Shown here piece after piece: positions 42,522 through 52,571 of a stretch of 64,000 nt of DNA. The stretch lies in the IMG/VR virus record IMGVR_UViG_3300037245_003639; one strand, written 5' to 3'. A program made the position numbers and the translations under genes. The notes below the pieces were generated by a model, which was not told where the DNA came from, did no database searches, and was given only the letters and a program-made list of their open reading frames with translations. Source of the DNA: a virus. Position 1 is the first letter of the stretch. The number at the start of each line of letters is the position of its first letter.

Positions 42522-42919
42522 CAAGAGCTATGTTTGCTCACTTCCCTTGGGCAGATATCTATTCATCACGTTCTAAACCACATACTCCATCTTCTGAGGA
42601 ACTCCCAGGTAATATAATCATTCGCGGTAACGGAGAGAATGAACGTCTTGTCGTCAATATGATGGGGCAGTATTACCCCGGCTCGCCACGTTACCCTGAT
42701 TCAAAACGGGATGGCGTCCAAGTCCGTCAAAAAGCCTTTGCAAATTGTCTTGACCAAATTGCTCAAATTCCTTACCTTGTCAGTGTAGCATTCCCGTGGC
42801 AGATCGGTTGCGGAGCAGCCGGAGGCGACTGGATCGTATACAGGCATTTGATACGGGAGTTTGCGGAGAAAGTCGATGTCCCCGTTCGCGTATACAAGCT
42901 TCCCAATGAGAGTTCGTAA
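42425..42919 (+). CDS. macro domain (ADP-ribose binding/processing) protein
   Basis: MDLKVVSGNLFEATERFICHQCNSVT..GANLARAMF resembles the macro-domain N-terminal strand and Gly-rich loop; N-terminus overlaps the upstream ORF in another frame. Confidence 0.5.
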   Translation: MDLKVVSGNLFEATERFICHQCNSVTNRGANLARAMFAHFPWADIYSSRSKPHTPSSEELPGNIIIRGNGENERLVVNMMGQYYPGSPRYPDSKRDGVQVRQKAFANCLDQIAQIPYLVSVAFPWQIGCGAAGGDWIVYRHLIREFAEKVDVPVRVYKLPNESS

Positions 42920-43338
42920 TGAATCGGAGCCCTGGGCTTGCGCATGTGGAGTTGTATGTTGATAATGTAAAGAAGACGACGAAAGGACGATTGCAGAGTT
43001 TCAGCGTAGTTGCTCGACGCCGATTGCCTTCCCATCGTAGACTCGGAAGCTTACATATTTGCGTCGAAGATTGCGGTAGAGCATATGTCGGTAACGTGGA
43101 AATAGTATCGACTTGGCGAGACAGAAAGCTCGGAAAGGCTTTGTATCGTCTCGCTATCTCCTATTACGGAGAACTTAACACCAGATTTGAAGAAGCATCG
43201 ACCCCTGCCCAGCGAGTTTGGCTGAGTTTGATAAACTCAGGTGAATATAAGTACGACTGGCAAGAAGGCACGTATTTGTGCATATGGCCCAAGGGACAAC
43301 GTAGGAGATCGAAATGTTCTGGGAACTCTTCATCGTAG
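42919..43338 (+). CDS. GNAT-like acetyltransferase (putative)
   Basis: VGNVEIVSTWRDRKLGKALY resembles the GNAT motif A R/Q-x-x-G-x-G/A. Confidence 0.35.
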   Translation: MNRSPGLAHVELYVDNVKKTTKGRLQSFSVVARRRLPSHRRLGSLHICVEDCGRAYVGNVEIVSTWRDRKLGKALYRLAISYYGELNTRFEEASTPAQRVWLSLINSGEYKYDWQEGTYLCIWPKGQRRRSKCSGNSSS

Positions 43339-43967
43339 GTAGTATCTGGTTCTGGTTTTTGTCCGCAATCTTAGGAAGTTTCTTCTTATATAACATCTTC
43401 CATGAGAAGACCCTCGGAGCAACGTCCTCCCTGATTATCTACGGGTTGGTCATCTGTTTCTTCGGCAATTTCAATGTCTTTAGTTGGGTTTGGGATAACC
43501 CCTGGGAATTGCTGAAATGGGGCGGTTCTTACGTTATCCTTGGCGTTTTATGGTCCATACTTCGTTGGTATCTGTTCAATACCAAAGTCAAATATGCTTT
43601 TAACGAAATCAAAACCGCTTTCAAAAAAGAGCATAACATAACAGGCGACGTTCCCAATGAACTAAGGGGGGAGTGGAGACGCTATCTCAATGGCCGTCAT
43701 GACGAATGGGACAGCGTTGCCCGCCATTACGAATGGACGGCTCCGGTTACTATTCGCTCTTTGGAAGATATCATTCCAGCACCAAGGAAGTACCGCCGCT
43801 CCATCATATGTTGGATGACGTTCTGGCCGCTATCAGTTATCTTCTTCCTGTTACATGACTTCATCACTGGGCTTTTCGAAAGATTGTACCAAGCTCTGTC
43901 GAACGTTTATGGCATGATCACGAAATCAGTTTTTGGCAAGATAACCGACGACTTGAAAGAAGTATGA
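43314..43967 (+). CDS. polytopic membrane protein
   Basis: At least 4 hydrophobic helices; Trp/Phe-rich. Confidence 0.5.
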   Translation: MFWELFIVGSIWFWFLSAILGSFFLYNIFHEKTLGATSSLIIYGLVICFFGNFNVFSWVWDNPWELLKWGGSYVILGVLWSILRWYLFNTKVKYAFNEIKTAFKKEHNITGDVPNELRGEWRRYLNGRHDEWDSVARHYEWTAPVTIRSLEDIIPAPRKYRRSIICWMTFWPLSVIFFLLHDFITGLFERLYQALSNVYGMITKSVFGKITDDLKEV

Positions 43968-44042
43968 ATTTCTTTGTATTTCTCTTGACAGGATTTTCAA
44001 TCACGTTACACTGCAACCAGTAATTTTGCTTGGAGAAACGAC

Positions 44043-44546
44043 ATGAAGATTTCTGGATACAAGTTACGAGAAGCCCTTCGTAATAAGCGAACATTACGTG
44101 ATGTCCTGGCTACTCGTTTCAACGAGACGCTTTTCCAGTTTGAAGCTGGCGCGAAGCCACAAGACGTGGCTAAGGGCTTTCAGGAAGCGGATCAAGCAGT
44201 TGCTATGTTGGAGGAAGCTCAGCAATTCTACAACCAACAAGTCAACGTCGAGGTTGAAGGCAAGACGATGACGTTGGTAAGGGCCATCAAGTTGGTTGGT
44301 GGCGCGGGCCGTCTGGAGAAGATGTGGCGAAGTGCAGCCACAGATACAGGCCGCGACCGCTACAGCAGCTATCGTGAAATGTCCCGGAAATCTGATGAAG
44401 AACATGCACGAAGAATGGTTTCTGTAGACGATGCAATCGAACTTGCTCAAAAGGCGGCTCGCTTTGCCAGCGCCTTGCGGAGTGCGATTGCAGAAGCTAA
44501 TGCTCGGAAAGTGGAACTGAACTTAAGTCCTGATCTGATCTCTTGA
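44043..44546 (+). CDS. hypothetical protein
   Basis: 167 aa, alpha-helical and charged. Confidence 0.5.
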   Translation: MKISGYKLREALRNKRTLRDVLATRFNETLFQFEAGAKPQDVAKGFQEADQAVAMLEEAQQFYNQQVNVEVEGKTMTLVRAIKLVGGAGRLEKMWRSAATDTGRDRYSSYREMSRKSDEEHARRMVSVDDAIELAQKAARFASALRSAIAEANARKVELNLSPDLIS

Positions 44547-44790
44547 GAGAGGATCGGGGCGAGGGCAGAGGAATGTAACATGTTACTGTCCGGACACGGA
44601 ATGGCAAGGAAAACGACATCCGAGGAATGCATCCTGGTAGCTCAAGCCGCTGATCCCATAGTTGGAAATGGGCGGTATAACAACCCAGACCCGGTAATGC
44701 GTCTAGCCAAGCTGTGAGCTATTCTTCTGCCCGCTTAAACAAGAGCCGTCCGAGGAAACTCGGGCGGCTCTCTGTAATTTCCTGGGGAGG

Positions 44791-45405
44791 TTAAACTGTT
44801 ATCGTTATATTCCCATTCGGGGCTTGATAAGGGTCAGAGTTCGTGACGGTAGCTCCAGCCGCAGTCGCAGCAATATTGGTTGTACCAACATAACCCGTAT
44901 CAGAATTAGTCACTGTTGATCCAGCCGCAGTTATCACTTCTGTTGCTTTCGCGTTGTTCGTGACGTTGATAGTAAAAGATCCCTGGGTGGCTGCGTTAAG
45001 CCAAGCATCATCACTTAGTTGCGTGATCGCATCAGGAGATTGATATCTTTTGTCTCGTGTTTTGAAGTCAACCCAAGGGGTCCACCATCCTGCGTCTCGC
45101 CTGCATCGTGCTTGAAAGTTAGTTCTGAATGGCAGAATAATGACTGCGCTTGAAACCGACCTTGAAATAACTTGTGGCCAAGCTGGCTCATTTGGACCAC
45201 CTGTCGGACCTGCTGTTTGAGTTGTTAGGGCTGTTGAGCGGCTTATCGTTACCGATCCATCCGCATAGGGAACCTGGTCTCTACGCCTAACCATATATTC
45301 AACATTTCCGGTTACGAACCCGGAGTTTATTGTTACCGCATCGCCTCTTGCTGTGCCGGCAGTATTTCTAGTGGGGTTGTCTCCAACAGTTACTGTAACA
45401 GCCAT
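44791..45405 (-). CDS. Thr/Ser/Asn-rich protein (possible structural or fibre-like)
   Basis: 204 aa, low hydrophobicity, repeated TVTNSD segments. Confidence 0.45.
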   Translation of the reverse strand: MAVTVTVGDNPTRNTAGTARGDAVTINSGFVTGNVEYMVRRRDQVPYADGSVTISRSTALTTQTAGPTGGPNEPAWPQVISRSVSSAVIILPFRTNFQARCRRDAGWWTPWVDFKTRDKRYQSPDAITQLSDDAWLNAATQGSFTINVTNNAKATEVITAAGSTVTNSDTGYVGTTNIAATAAGATVTNSDPYQAPNGNITITV

Positions 45406-45534
45406 GATTGCCTCCTAGCAAAGAACCACTCTTGATTTCCTCGCAAGTTTCTGGGATTCCTTCCGCAAAACTGAACAAAATACATTTATAGAATTCGATT
45501 TGACAACCGCGAAAACCTTTATTAGACTTAGAGT

Positions 45535-45738
45535 GTGATTGGTAAGGAGACCTGCGTGTTTTATTGTGACCTGTGCCGCATCAAACGTAACTGGCCCATC
45601 TCGGGATTTGAATCTCATGGTCCCTGTGAGATTTGTGGGAAAGTAGCGTTATGCTACGATCTCCCATCATCGATGTTACCTATTCCTCCCGTTTCTGATG
45701 ATCCTGAGTCAAAAAAGCAGGGTGGAACGAACGAATAA
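45535..45738 (+). CDS. small zinc-finger protein
   Basis: CVFYCDLC...GPCEICG. Confidence 0.35.
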   Translation: MIGKETCVFYCDLCRIKRNWPISGFESHGPCEICGKVALCYDLPSSMLPIPPVSDDPESKKQGGTNE

Positions 45739-45755
45739 GCCAAGAATAGATATCG

Positions 45756-46097
45756 TTGCATTTGAGTATGGAGACACACACTATGAGAATCCAAGAATGG
45801 ATGATCTATATTTGCGATGGTGGTCTTGCAGCAATTCATGGCGAATTCTATCCGATTACCGAATATTATTGCCCAGATCTAAAACTTGCAGTGAACTCGC
45901 AAACCTTCTTTCTTTCTGGGACTAACAGATATGAGACATCAAACGGGGACACAGAATTCAATCATCCTCAACCAGAACTAGTCAAAGAGATTGAAATCTC
46001 AAATGAATTAGCGAATTTAATGCGCATAATGAAAGACGGGGCTCGTGGGTATGATGTATTTAAGAAACAAATGTTTCCTGACAAGAGTGAGAGATAA
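45756..46097 (+). CDS. hypothetical protein
   Basis: 113-aa ORF. Confidence 0.4.
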   Translation: MHLSMETHTMRIQEWMIYICDGGLAAIHGEFYPITEYYCPDLKLAVNSQTFFLSGTNRYETSNGDTEFNHPQPELVKEIEISNELANLMRIMKDGARGYDVFKKQMFPDKSER

Positions 46098-46099
46098 AG

Positions 46100-46282
46100 A
46101 TGTTGGTGCTTTCAAGAAAAGTTGATGAAAAGATCATTATCGGTGATAATGAGATTTGTGTAACTGTCGTTGATATTCGCGGCGACAAGGTAAGACTTGG
46201 CATCGAGGCTTCGCCTAACATTCAGATTCATCGAGAAGAGATCTTCCGGGCCATTCAGAAACAAAAACCTGTTGGGATTTGA
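46100..46282 (+). CDS. csrA: carbon storage regulator CsrA
   Basis: MLVLSRKVDEKIIIGDNEICVTVVDIRGDKVRLGIEASPNIQIHREEIFRAIQ aligns along its full length with E. coli CsrA [48 protein letters not shown]. Confidence 0.85.
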   Translation: MLVLSRKVDEKIIIGDNEICVTVVDIRGDKVRLGIEASPNIQIHREEIFRAIQKQKPVGI

Positions 46283-46396
46283 AATGGCCAAGAAAAAAGA
46301 TATTCCTACCGCAGCACAATTGCGCATATATTCGATTTGGTATCCGCCCGCGTGGGCAAGTTCATTCGGCCGATGCTCGGCCACAGGAGACTCATC

Positions 46397-47386
46397 ATGA
46401 AAGATTACAGTAAGCGGAAAGGCTTCACGCTCATCGAGTTGCTGGTGGTGGTGGCTATCATAGCACTGCTCATCTCCATCTTGCTGCCATCGCTGGCTCG
46501 CGCAAAGGAGCAAGCCCGCATTGCCAAGTGCCTGGCCAACCAGCGCAACATCATGCAGTCCTCGGTCAGTTATGTTATGGACAACCAGAGCGCCGTCTTC
46601 GCGTTCCCTTGGAACGTGTATATCGAGGGCGAACAGCCGCGCCACGACCTTGCAACGGAGTTCATTTGGGGTGGCGGTGTTCCCGATCGCCGTCGAGGAG
46701 AATGGGATCCCACGTTTGGCGAAAATCCCGCCGGACCGGCAAGAACCGACACCTATTGGATCCGACCGATCCACCGACCCATGAACAAATACCTCGACGC
46801 GCAGGTCACCTGGGACCACCCCGAGCGCGTCAAACCCAACCAGATGCGGCACAAGATTCCGATGGATCTGCCTGATTACTTCAAATGTCCTTCAGATAAG
46901 TCGGCGGGCGTGCCGATGGCCGGAGCCACTGGTATCGCCTTCGATGCCGACACTCCATTTCTCACCTGGGAGTGGTGGGGCACGAGTTATCCAATCAACT
47001 GGTACTGGGCGTATTGTTTTTACCCGCCCGCACAACGCCTGATTGGGAGCGCTACTGGCGGACCCGAGGGCGTGCTCGACGGCTCGCGTCACAAGCAGCT
47101 TCTCAAGAGCAAGGAGGTCTCGGGTGCTGCCGAGTGGATCATGTTCTACGAGAACCAGATGAACTTCGCGATGGAGGGAGCCCGCCCGAGAGGAGCACCG
47201 GATGGCGAACCGCGAATCGTCACCGGCTGGCACCGGCAGGAGAACATGCACGCTGCCGCATTCTTCGACGGGCACGCCAAGTATGGCTACTTCGACACGA
47301 CCTACATTGACGGCCCCGCCTGGACTACCTGGCCCAGCCGCAACCAGTGGATGGGCACACCATCGGAACCGTACATCGACCAGTAA
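46397..47386 (+). CDS. type II secretion pseudopilin-like protein (prepilin N-terminal methylation domain + DUF1559)
   Basis: GFTLIELLVVVAIIALLISILLPSL prepilin signal; C-terminal AAFFDGHAKY (H-x9-DG-type DUF1559 motif); markedly higher GC (about 60%) than its surroundings. Confidence 0.7.
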   Translation: MKDYSKRKGFTLIELLVVVAIIALLISILLPSLARAKEQARIAKCLANQRNIMQSSVSYVMDNQSAVFAFPWNVYIEGEQPRHDLATEFIWGGGVPDRRRGEWDPTFGENPAGPARTDTYWIRPIHRPMNKYLDAQVTWDHPERVKPNQMRHKIPMDLPDYFKCPSDKSAGVPMAGATGIAFDADTPFLTWEWWGTSYPINWYWAYCFYPPAQRLIGSATGGPEGVLDGSRHKQLLKSKEVSGAAEWIMFYENQMNFAMEGARPRGAPDGEPRIVTGWHRQENMHAAAFFDGHAKYGYFDTTYIDGPAWTTWPSRNQWMGTPSEPYIDQ

Positions 47387-47399
47387 GTCAGTCCGGGCC

Positions 47400-48990
47400 A
47401 GATTGACAAGTAACAGATTTTGGGAGCGATTACGGAGACAATTTGCATTTCAACAAGCAAAAATTGCTTGTTTTCCTCGGGTTGGTTTATGCAAATTCCG
47501 AGAATATCGTTGATTTTCGTTTGACACGGCGGATTTCTGTGGTATACTACCTTTAGTGATAAACACTACAAAGTAAATAACGGGAAAGACTGGCTAGCTT
47601 CTTTCCCCTCCGGGAGCACCGGGACCGGCGAAAGCCCCCTGGTGCCCTTTTTTTTTGCGGGAGGGGTTTCGAGAGGAGAGCATCGGGTACCTATGGTTCC
47701 TGGTGCCCTCTTTTTTTGTTCGCCATAGGAGGGGGACTCAGAATCTGAGTATAATGTACTGGACGAATGATTCAGTCTCTATCTTCCAGCCGACCAGCAG
47801 TCTTTCCACCGCATGTGGGCATCATAGGGCTGTTAGTTCGTAGGGGAGCTGGCAGATAGGTAAGAGCGGGCAGCAGTTAGGCGACGGCTCTGCCCGCTCA
47901 CTATATATACGCGCTCCCCCAAAAATCAGTTCTGAGCATTCCTAAAGCCCGAATCGGAAAGGACTTGTAAAAAATCACGAAAACCGCCCAATCCGCTTGC
48001 AATGATTTCTGATTGTGGTATACTCCCCCTATCAAGTTGAGAGTAACAAACGGAACGAAACAAAACGATCTTTCAAAAGTAAATAGTGATGAATCCCAAC
48101 CGCAAGCCGACAGGCTTGTGGGGTTTCCAACAGCAGAAATGCTCAAGGGAACTACAGTCAGTCCGTGGGAAACCGACAGGAAACTGGAGACAGTGACCTG
48201 CGGGTACAAAAGCCCAAACTACTCAACGGGTTAGGTGCTGACAAAGCTGACAGCAATGTTAGTGGCGACAGTGACGATGAAGACGAAATTCCAGCAGCGA
48301 TAATATCAAGTTGGTTGGGAGTCTGATTCGGGAACTCACGGCGGGCTTCGGAATTAGGATGGCGTCGATATAAGACTGCCTAGACAAGCAATCGATCACG
48401 GTCGATTGTGGACGGGTTAGGATGAACAAGACGCTCACCTGAGTAGCAAAAAGCGGGAAACGATGCCTGCCGCGAGCGGGTACCAGCAAAAGTTGCACGG
48501 GTAGTCCTAGTTGTCTGCGGGATAGGGTTGATTGCCTTTTGTAGCAGACGATCAACACCCCCTCCTGAATAAGGAATAGGGGCTGTCGAGCCTCGGATAG
48601 CAGGTTGAGCCTAGCGGATATACAACTATTCGCTTAGAGACGACGGAGATGCTTTACTTCGATATCAAATTGAGCCAGGTCGGTATCCATCTGCCGCAAG
48701 TATCGGGACTACGGGCAACCCAAAAGGTAGCCACGAGAAACGAATATGAACGACGGAGGGACCGGAATGAGTCGCGCTTCAAGGTAAACTATTTAGCAGT
48801 GGTCACAGCAAAACTGTGAAGAGTGGAATGCCTCGGAGAGTGCTACTATAAAGGTGACAGGGATTCAGGTTGTTGCTCCGATACCTATCGGGACTTGATT
48901 AATCTCTTGACCCAGACGTGACGGAGTAAGAAACTTCCACTCGGCCCCGGCCCCAGTTGGTAACAACTGAGCCGGGGCTTTTTTTTTGCG
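47400..48990 (+). ncRNA. about 1.6-kb ORF-poor region with internal promoters and terminators; candidate structured non-coding RNA locus
   Basis: No ORF over 75 aa on + and only weak ones on -. Extended -10 boxes TGTGGTATACT at 47531 and 48003, GAGTATAATG at 47747. Intrinsic terminators near 47636..47660, 47702..47722 and 48943..48990 (GCCCCGGCCCC..GAGCCGGGGC + T9). Confidence 0.4.
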
Positions 48991-49013
48991 CGAGACAAAC
49001 CGTATAATAGCAA

Positions 49014-49877
49014 ATGCGTTATGCGTTCTTAACCAATGTGTTTCAGTGGGGACATAGAGGCGGGTCACAAAGTCGGGCTCGCAATATGGAGACCATGTTG
49101 AAGCGACATGCAACCTTCAGCTACAAAGTAGTTAAAAAAGATCACAGACAATTTCTTGATTCGCATCTTATAGATGTAGTTCATATACAATCGAACAATA
49201 AACTGGTCAACCTAGCCATGGACCGGAATATGACAATTATTGTCGGCCCGAACATGTGTTGGAAACAAGCTCCAAAAAAACTGCTTTCATACCCCCGTTT
49301 ACTAAGTGCGGTTATACAGCGCCCCGATCCATTACCCAAGAAACTCAAGCCAACATGGGAGGACCATATCAAATATTTCCCAGCTTTTGTAGACGAAAAA
49401 TTCTTCTGTCCTTCAGACTCTCAAAAAACAATTGATGTTTTGACCATAGGGAAATCGTTTTATTATGACCGCTATGAAACGAACTTAAAGAAAATACATA
49501 CACACATCAAAAAGATGGGATTGCGTCATAAATACTTGAAACGCTATTCTTTACGGGAATTCAGGGATGCTCTCAATCAATCCAGAATTCTATTGTTCCC
49601 CAGCCCGAAGGAAGCAGGTGCAACTCTTTGTCATGCTCTTCTGGAGTGCAGCATGATGAATATCCCGTTTATTGGGCTGAAAAGTGTTGTAATTGAGAGA
49701 GAAAACGAGTATCATCTTAGCAGGGGATTAGGAGCAAGCACGACAGATGAAATGGCAGAGTTTGCCAGAGACATGATTCAGAACTCTGGAGATTACTGTC
49801 CAAGAAAGTGGACGTTGGAACGATATTCAACAAAAGCAGCATACCAGCGTCTAACAGATATTTTGGATGAAACATGA
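49014..49877 (+). CDS. glycosyltransferase (GT-B, family 1/4-like)
   Basis: C-terminal ILLFPSPKEAGATLCHALLECSMMNIPFIG fits the GT1/GT4 E-x7-E-like nucleotide-sugar-binding region. Confidence 0.5.
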   Translation: MRYAFLTNVFQWGHRGGSQSRARNMETMLKRHATFSYKVVKKDHRQFLDSHLIDVVHIQSNNKLVNLAMDRNMTIIVGPNMCWKQAPKKLLSYPRLLSAVIQRPDPLPKKLKPTWEDHIKYFPAFVDEKFFCPSDSQKTIDVLTIGKSFYYDRYETNLKKIHTHIKKMGLRHKYLKRYSLREFRDALNQSRILLFPSPKEAGATLCHALLECSMMNIPFIGLKSVVIERENEYHLSRGLGASTTDEMAEFARDMIQNSGDYCPRKWTLERYSTKAAYQRLTDILDET

Positions 49878-50545
49878 TTGAGACATTTGTCGTTAATCTA
49901 TATAGAGAACCATATGACACCTATGTAGGACGTGCAGGCAAAGGGCAGTTAGGCTATTTTGGGAATCCTTTCACGGGGATGTCCCGCACCGAAAGTATTG
50001 CTCTATTCCGTAAGCATTTTTATGAACGGCTGAAATCAGATCCACTCTTCAACCGTAGAGTCCGTTCACTAAAAGGCAAGATCCTAGGTTGCTTTTGTAA
50101 ACCGAAAGCATGTCACGCAGATATTATCGTTGAATATCTCAATGGGCTTCCTGAAGAAAAGCCAATTCGATTAGCCGTGGTAGGGTCGCGCAGTTTCCGA
50201 GACTGCAAATTCATGAAGGAAATCCTTCAATGGTATGATGTCCAACAGATCATCAGCGGGGGAGCGCATGGGGCTGATCAGCACGCTGCCACTTATGCTA
50301 ACGAACATGGCATACCTTTGAAAGAACTCAAACCCGACTGGGGATATGGCAAATCCGCAGGTTTCCGTCGCAATGAACAGATAGTTGACGCCTGTGATGA
50401 AGTCGTAGCATTCTGGGATGGAAAATCGCGTGGAACAAAACATACCATCAATCTTGCGGAAGAGAAAGGCAAACCTGTATCGATTTATTGGCCGCAGCCG
50501 TCCGTTAAAACATCCATTCCTCATGACGCAATATCAATATTATAA
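49874..50545 (+). CDS. DUF4326-like N-terminal domain fused to DUF2493/SLOG (YspA/LOG-like) domain
   Basis: N-terminal YVGRAGKGQLGYFGNPF...GCFCKPKACHADII; C-terminal RLAVVGSRSF...IISGGAHGADQHAA...VVAFWDGKSRGTKHTI. Confidence 0.5.
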   Translation: MIETFVVNLYREPYDTYVGRAGKGQLGYFGNPFTGMSRTESIALFRKHFYERLKSDPLFNRRVRSLKGKILGCFCKPKACHADIIVEYLNGLPEEKPIRLAVVGSRSFRDCKFMKEILQWYDVQQIISGGAHGADQHAATYANEHGIPLKELKPDWGYGKSAGFRRNEQIVDACDEVVAFWDGKSRGTKHTINLAEEKGKPVSIYWPQPSVKTSIPHDAISIL

Positions 50546-50598
50546 GGAGCGGCTTGACATGACTTCTAAGTGTTTATATATGTCTATAGGAGACCGAT

Positions 50599-52044
50599 AT
50601 GGATTGGAATGATCCCGAGGCAGTAAAAGAATATAATCTGCGGTTCAAGCAGTGGCGTGATCATCGTGCAGAAACTATTGCCACCTTTCCTGAGAGCCCC
50701 AGAGATTTGGGTAGTCAGCATAAGTCAGATCTAAAAGATGATCAAACGGTCAAAGCTATCACTGTTTGCTTCAGTGATATCGAAGGCCGATTCCACATGT
50801 TGGACTATGACAAAGATTATATTCTCGCTTCAGACGATAATCTCACGTTTGATGGTTCCTCTATTAGGGGCTTCACGAACCAAAATGAAAGTGATCTGCG
50901 TCTCGCCTTGGATTGGAGCGCCTTCTATATCGCTCCTCCGTCAGTGTTCGGCCCTGGCAAAGTGATGGTTTTTAGTGAGATCCGAGATAAAGACGGGCAC
51001 CTTTATGACTGTGATATACGGGCACAACTGAAGTTATTTTTGAAGGAAGAGAGTCAACTCGGCAGATTCGTCAATGTTGCCGCTGAAATCGAGGGATTCC
51101 TGTTCGAAGGTCAAAATGCCGAAAAGATTTTCTATCAGAGTCCCGAATTCCACTGTGTAACTACCGGCGGTTATTTTAATACTCTGCCGTCATCCCAACT
51201 GCGTAGTTTCATCGACAAGGCAGCAGAAGCACAACGAGCCCTGGGGTTTGAGAACGAGAAGGATCACCCTGAAGTTGCTCCAGCGCAGTTTGAGTTGAAT
51301 TGGAAATACACTGAGGCTCTAATTGCTGCGGATCAGATTCAGCTTTATAAGATGGTTTGCCGAGTGGTGGCAGATCGCATGGGTTATACAGCATCGTTTC
51401 TTCCTAAACCCCTGGCGGGGGTAAACGGGAATGGCATGCATACCAATATTTCGTTCCACCAGACGGTGCTTAATAAACCAACGAAAAACCTAATGTACGA
51501 CAAGGCTACAAAAGATGGTATTTCTGAGTGGGCTCGGAAATTCGCGGACGGTATCCTGCGGAGAGCTAAAGATATATGTTTGGTTCTAAATCCCAGCGTC
51601 AATGCATACCGTCGCCTCGATCCGCATTACGAGGCTCCTAATGAGATTTTTGCTTCCGCAGTGGATAGGGGAGCGATGATACGTTTCCCACTGTGCAATG
51701 AGAAGTCTGCCCGAGTTGAGGTAAGATCCGTATCTCCTGATGCTAACCCTTATCTATTATTGTTGGTTCTTCTGAAGGCTGGTCTGCGAGGTCAACAGGA
51801 GGAACTAATACCAACGGACAGGCCCTGTGAGTTACTTCCTCAGAATATCCATGAGGCTATCTGTGGATTCAACGATAACATGTTCATTACCGAGGCATTG
51901 GGTCTCGATGCCAGAAGAAAATATGCTGACTGGAAAGAGGCATCTGCGGATCGTTGCCCAAAACTTCTGGGCAAGAATATAAAACCCGCGGAAATAATGT
52001 TCCACCATGAGGTTACTAACCAGCATTTGTGGCAGATGTTCTAA
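50599..52044 (+). CDS. glutamine synthetase family protein (GlnA-like / gamma-glutamyl ligase)
   Basis: KPLAGVNGNGMHTNISF (GS ATP-binding signature region) and SVNAYRRLDPHYEAPNEIF (GS NxYKRLxPGYEAP region). Confidence 0.75.
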   Translation: MDWNDPEAVKEYNLRFKQWRDHRAETIATFPESPRDLGSQHKSDLKDDQTVKAITVCFSDIEGRFHMLDYDKDYILASDDNLTFDGSSIRGFTNQNESDLRLALDWSAFYIAPPSVFGPGKVMVFSEIRDKDGHLYDCDIRAQLKLFLKEESQLGRFVNVAAEIEGFLFEGQNAEKIFYQSPEFHCVTTGGYFNTLPSSQLRSFIDKAAEAQRALGFENEKDHPEVAPAQFELNWKYTEALIAADQIQLYKMVCRVVADRMGYTASFLPKPLAGVNGNGMHTNISFHQTVLNKPTKNLMYDKATKDGISEWARKFADGILRRAKDICLVLNPSVNAYRRLDPHYEAPNEIFASAVDRGAMIRFPLCNEKSARVEVRSVSPDANPYLLLLVLLKAGLRGQQEELIPTDRPCELLPQNIHEAICGFNDNMFITEALGLDARRKYADWKEASADRCPKLLGKNIKPAEIMFHHEVTNQHLWQMF

Positions 52045-52067
52045 AGGAATAACCTGTCCAACAACGA

Positions 52068-52571
52068 ATGAAAGATATGCCTTCCGTAATAACAATTGGA
52101 ACTCCCGGTTCTCCAGATGCATTAGGTGGAGGAACTACTGCCGACGAGACGACGACGGTTCCCGTCATTCCGCCTCAGCAGGGAGAATCTGAGGCTGAAT
52201 CTCGATTGGCCTCTGATGAGAGTACAGGCATCAGTACGGGAAGACCACGATTTCAGGATGAAGATGAACTCAACCTTGTCACTCGACAGGCTATTCAAAT
52301 GGAAGCGGTCAGGCTAATTAGAGTGGAGCAGCAAGTTGTCAACCAAAGTGAGCCGCAGTCAGCCACATCATCGAATGAAGTTGTCGCCCAGGCAACTAAT
52401 AGAACTTATGTATCACAGCAACGCATAGACGATGCCGTGAGAGCATTACAGAAACTACAACGCTCTTGTAATCATATTTATGACAAAGTTTCACGGAGAT
52501 GTCTATACTGCACAAAACATAGAAATTCGCATGTTTATGATACGACCAGAATGATTTTGAATCAAAGTTGA
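52068..52571 (+). CDS. hypothetical protein with Thr/Ser-rich N-terminus
   Basis: 167-aa ORF. Confidence 0.4.
   Translation: MKDMPSVITIGTPGSPDALGGGTTADETTTVPVIPPQQGESEAESRLASDESTGISTGRPRFQDEDELNLVTRQAIQMEAVRLIRVEQQVVNQSEPQSATSSNEVVAQATNRTYVSQQRIDDAVRALQKLQRSCNHIYDKVSRRCLYCTKHRNSHVYDTTRMILNQS

Noticed and set aside
46112-47310. Multiple long ORFs on both strands (246 aa -, 127 aa -, 112-115 aa +) over csrA and the pseudopilin gene
   Set aside because: Stop-codon depletion from about 60% GC; only the csrA and prepilin/DUF1559 frames have recognisable family signatures.
47560-47600. RNase P RNA-like GGGAAAGACTGGCT (resembles the P4 GGAAAGUCCGGGCU)
   Set aside because: The transcription unit is only about 110 nt to its terminator, far too short for RNase P RNA, and other conserved regions are absent.
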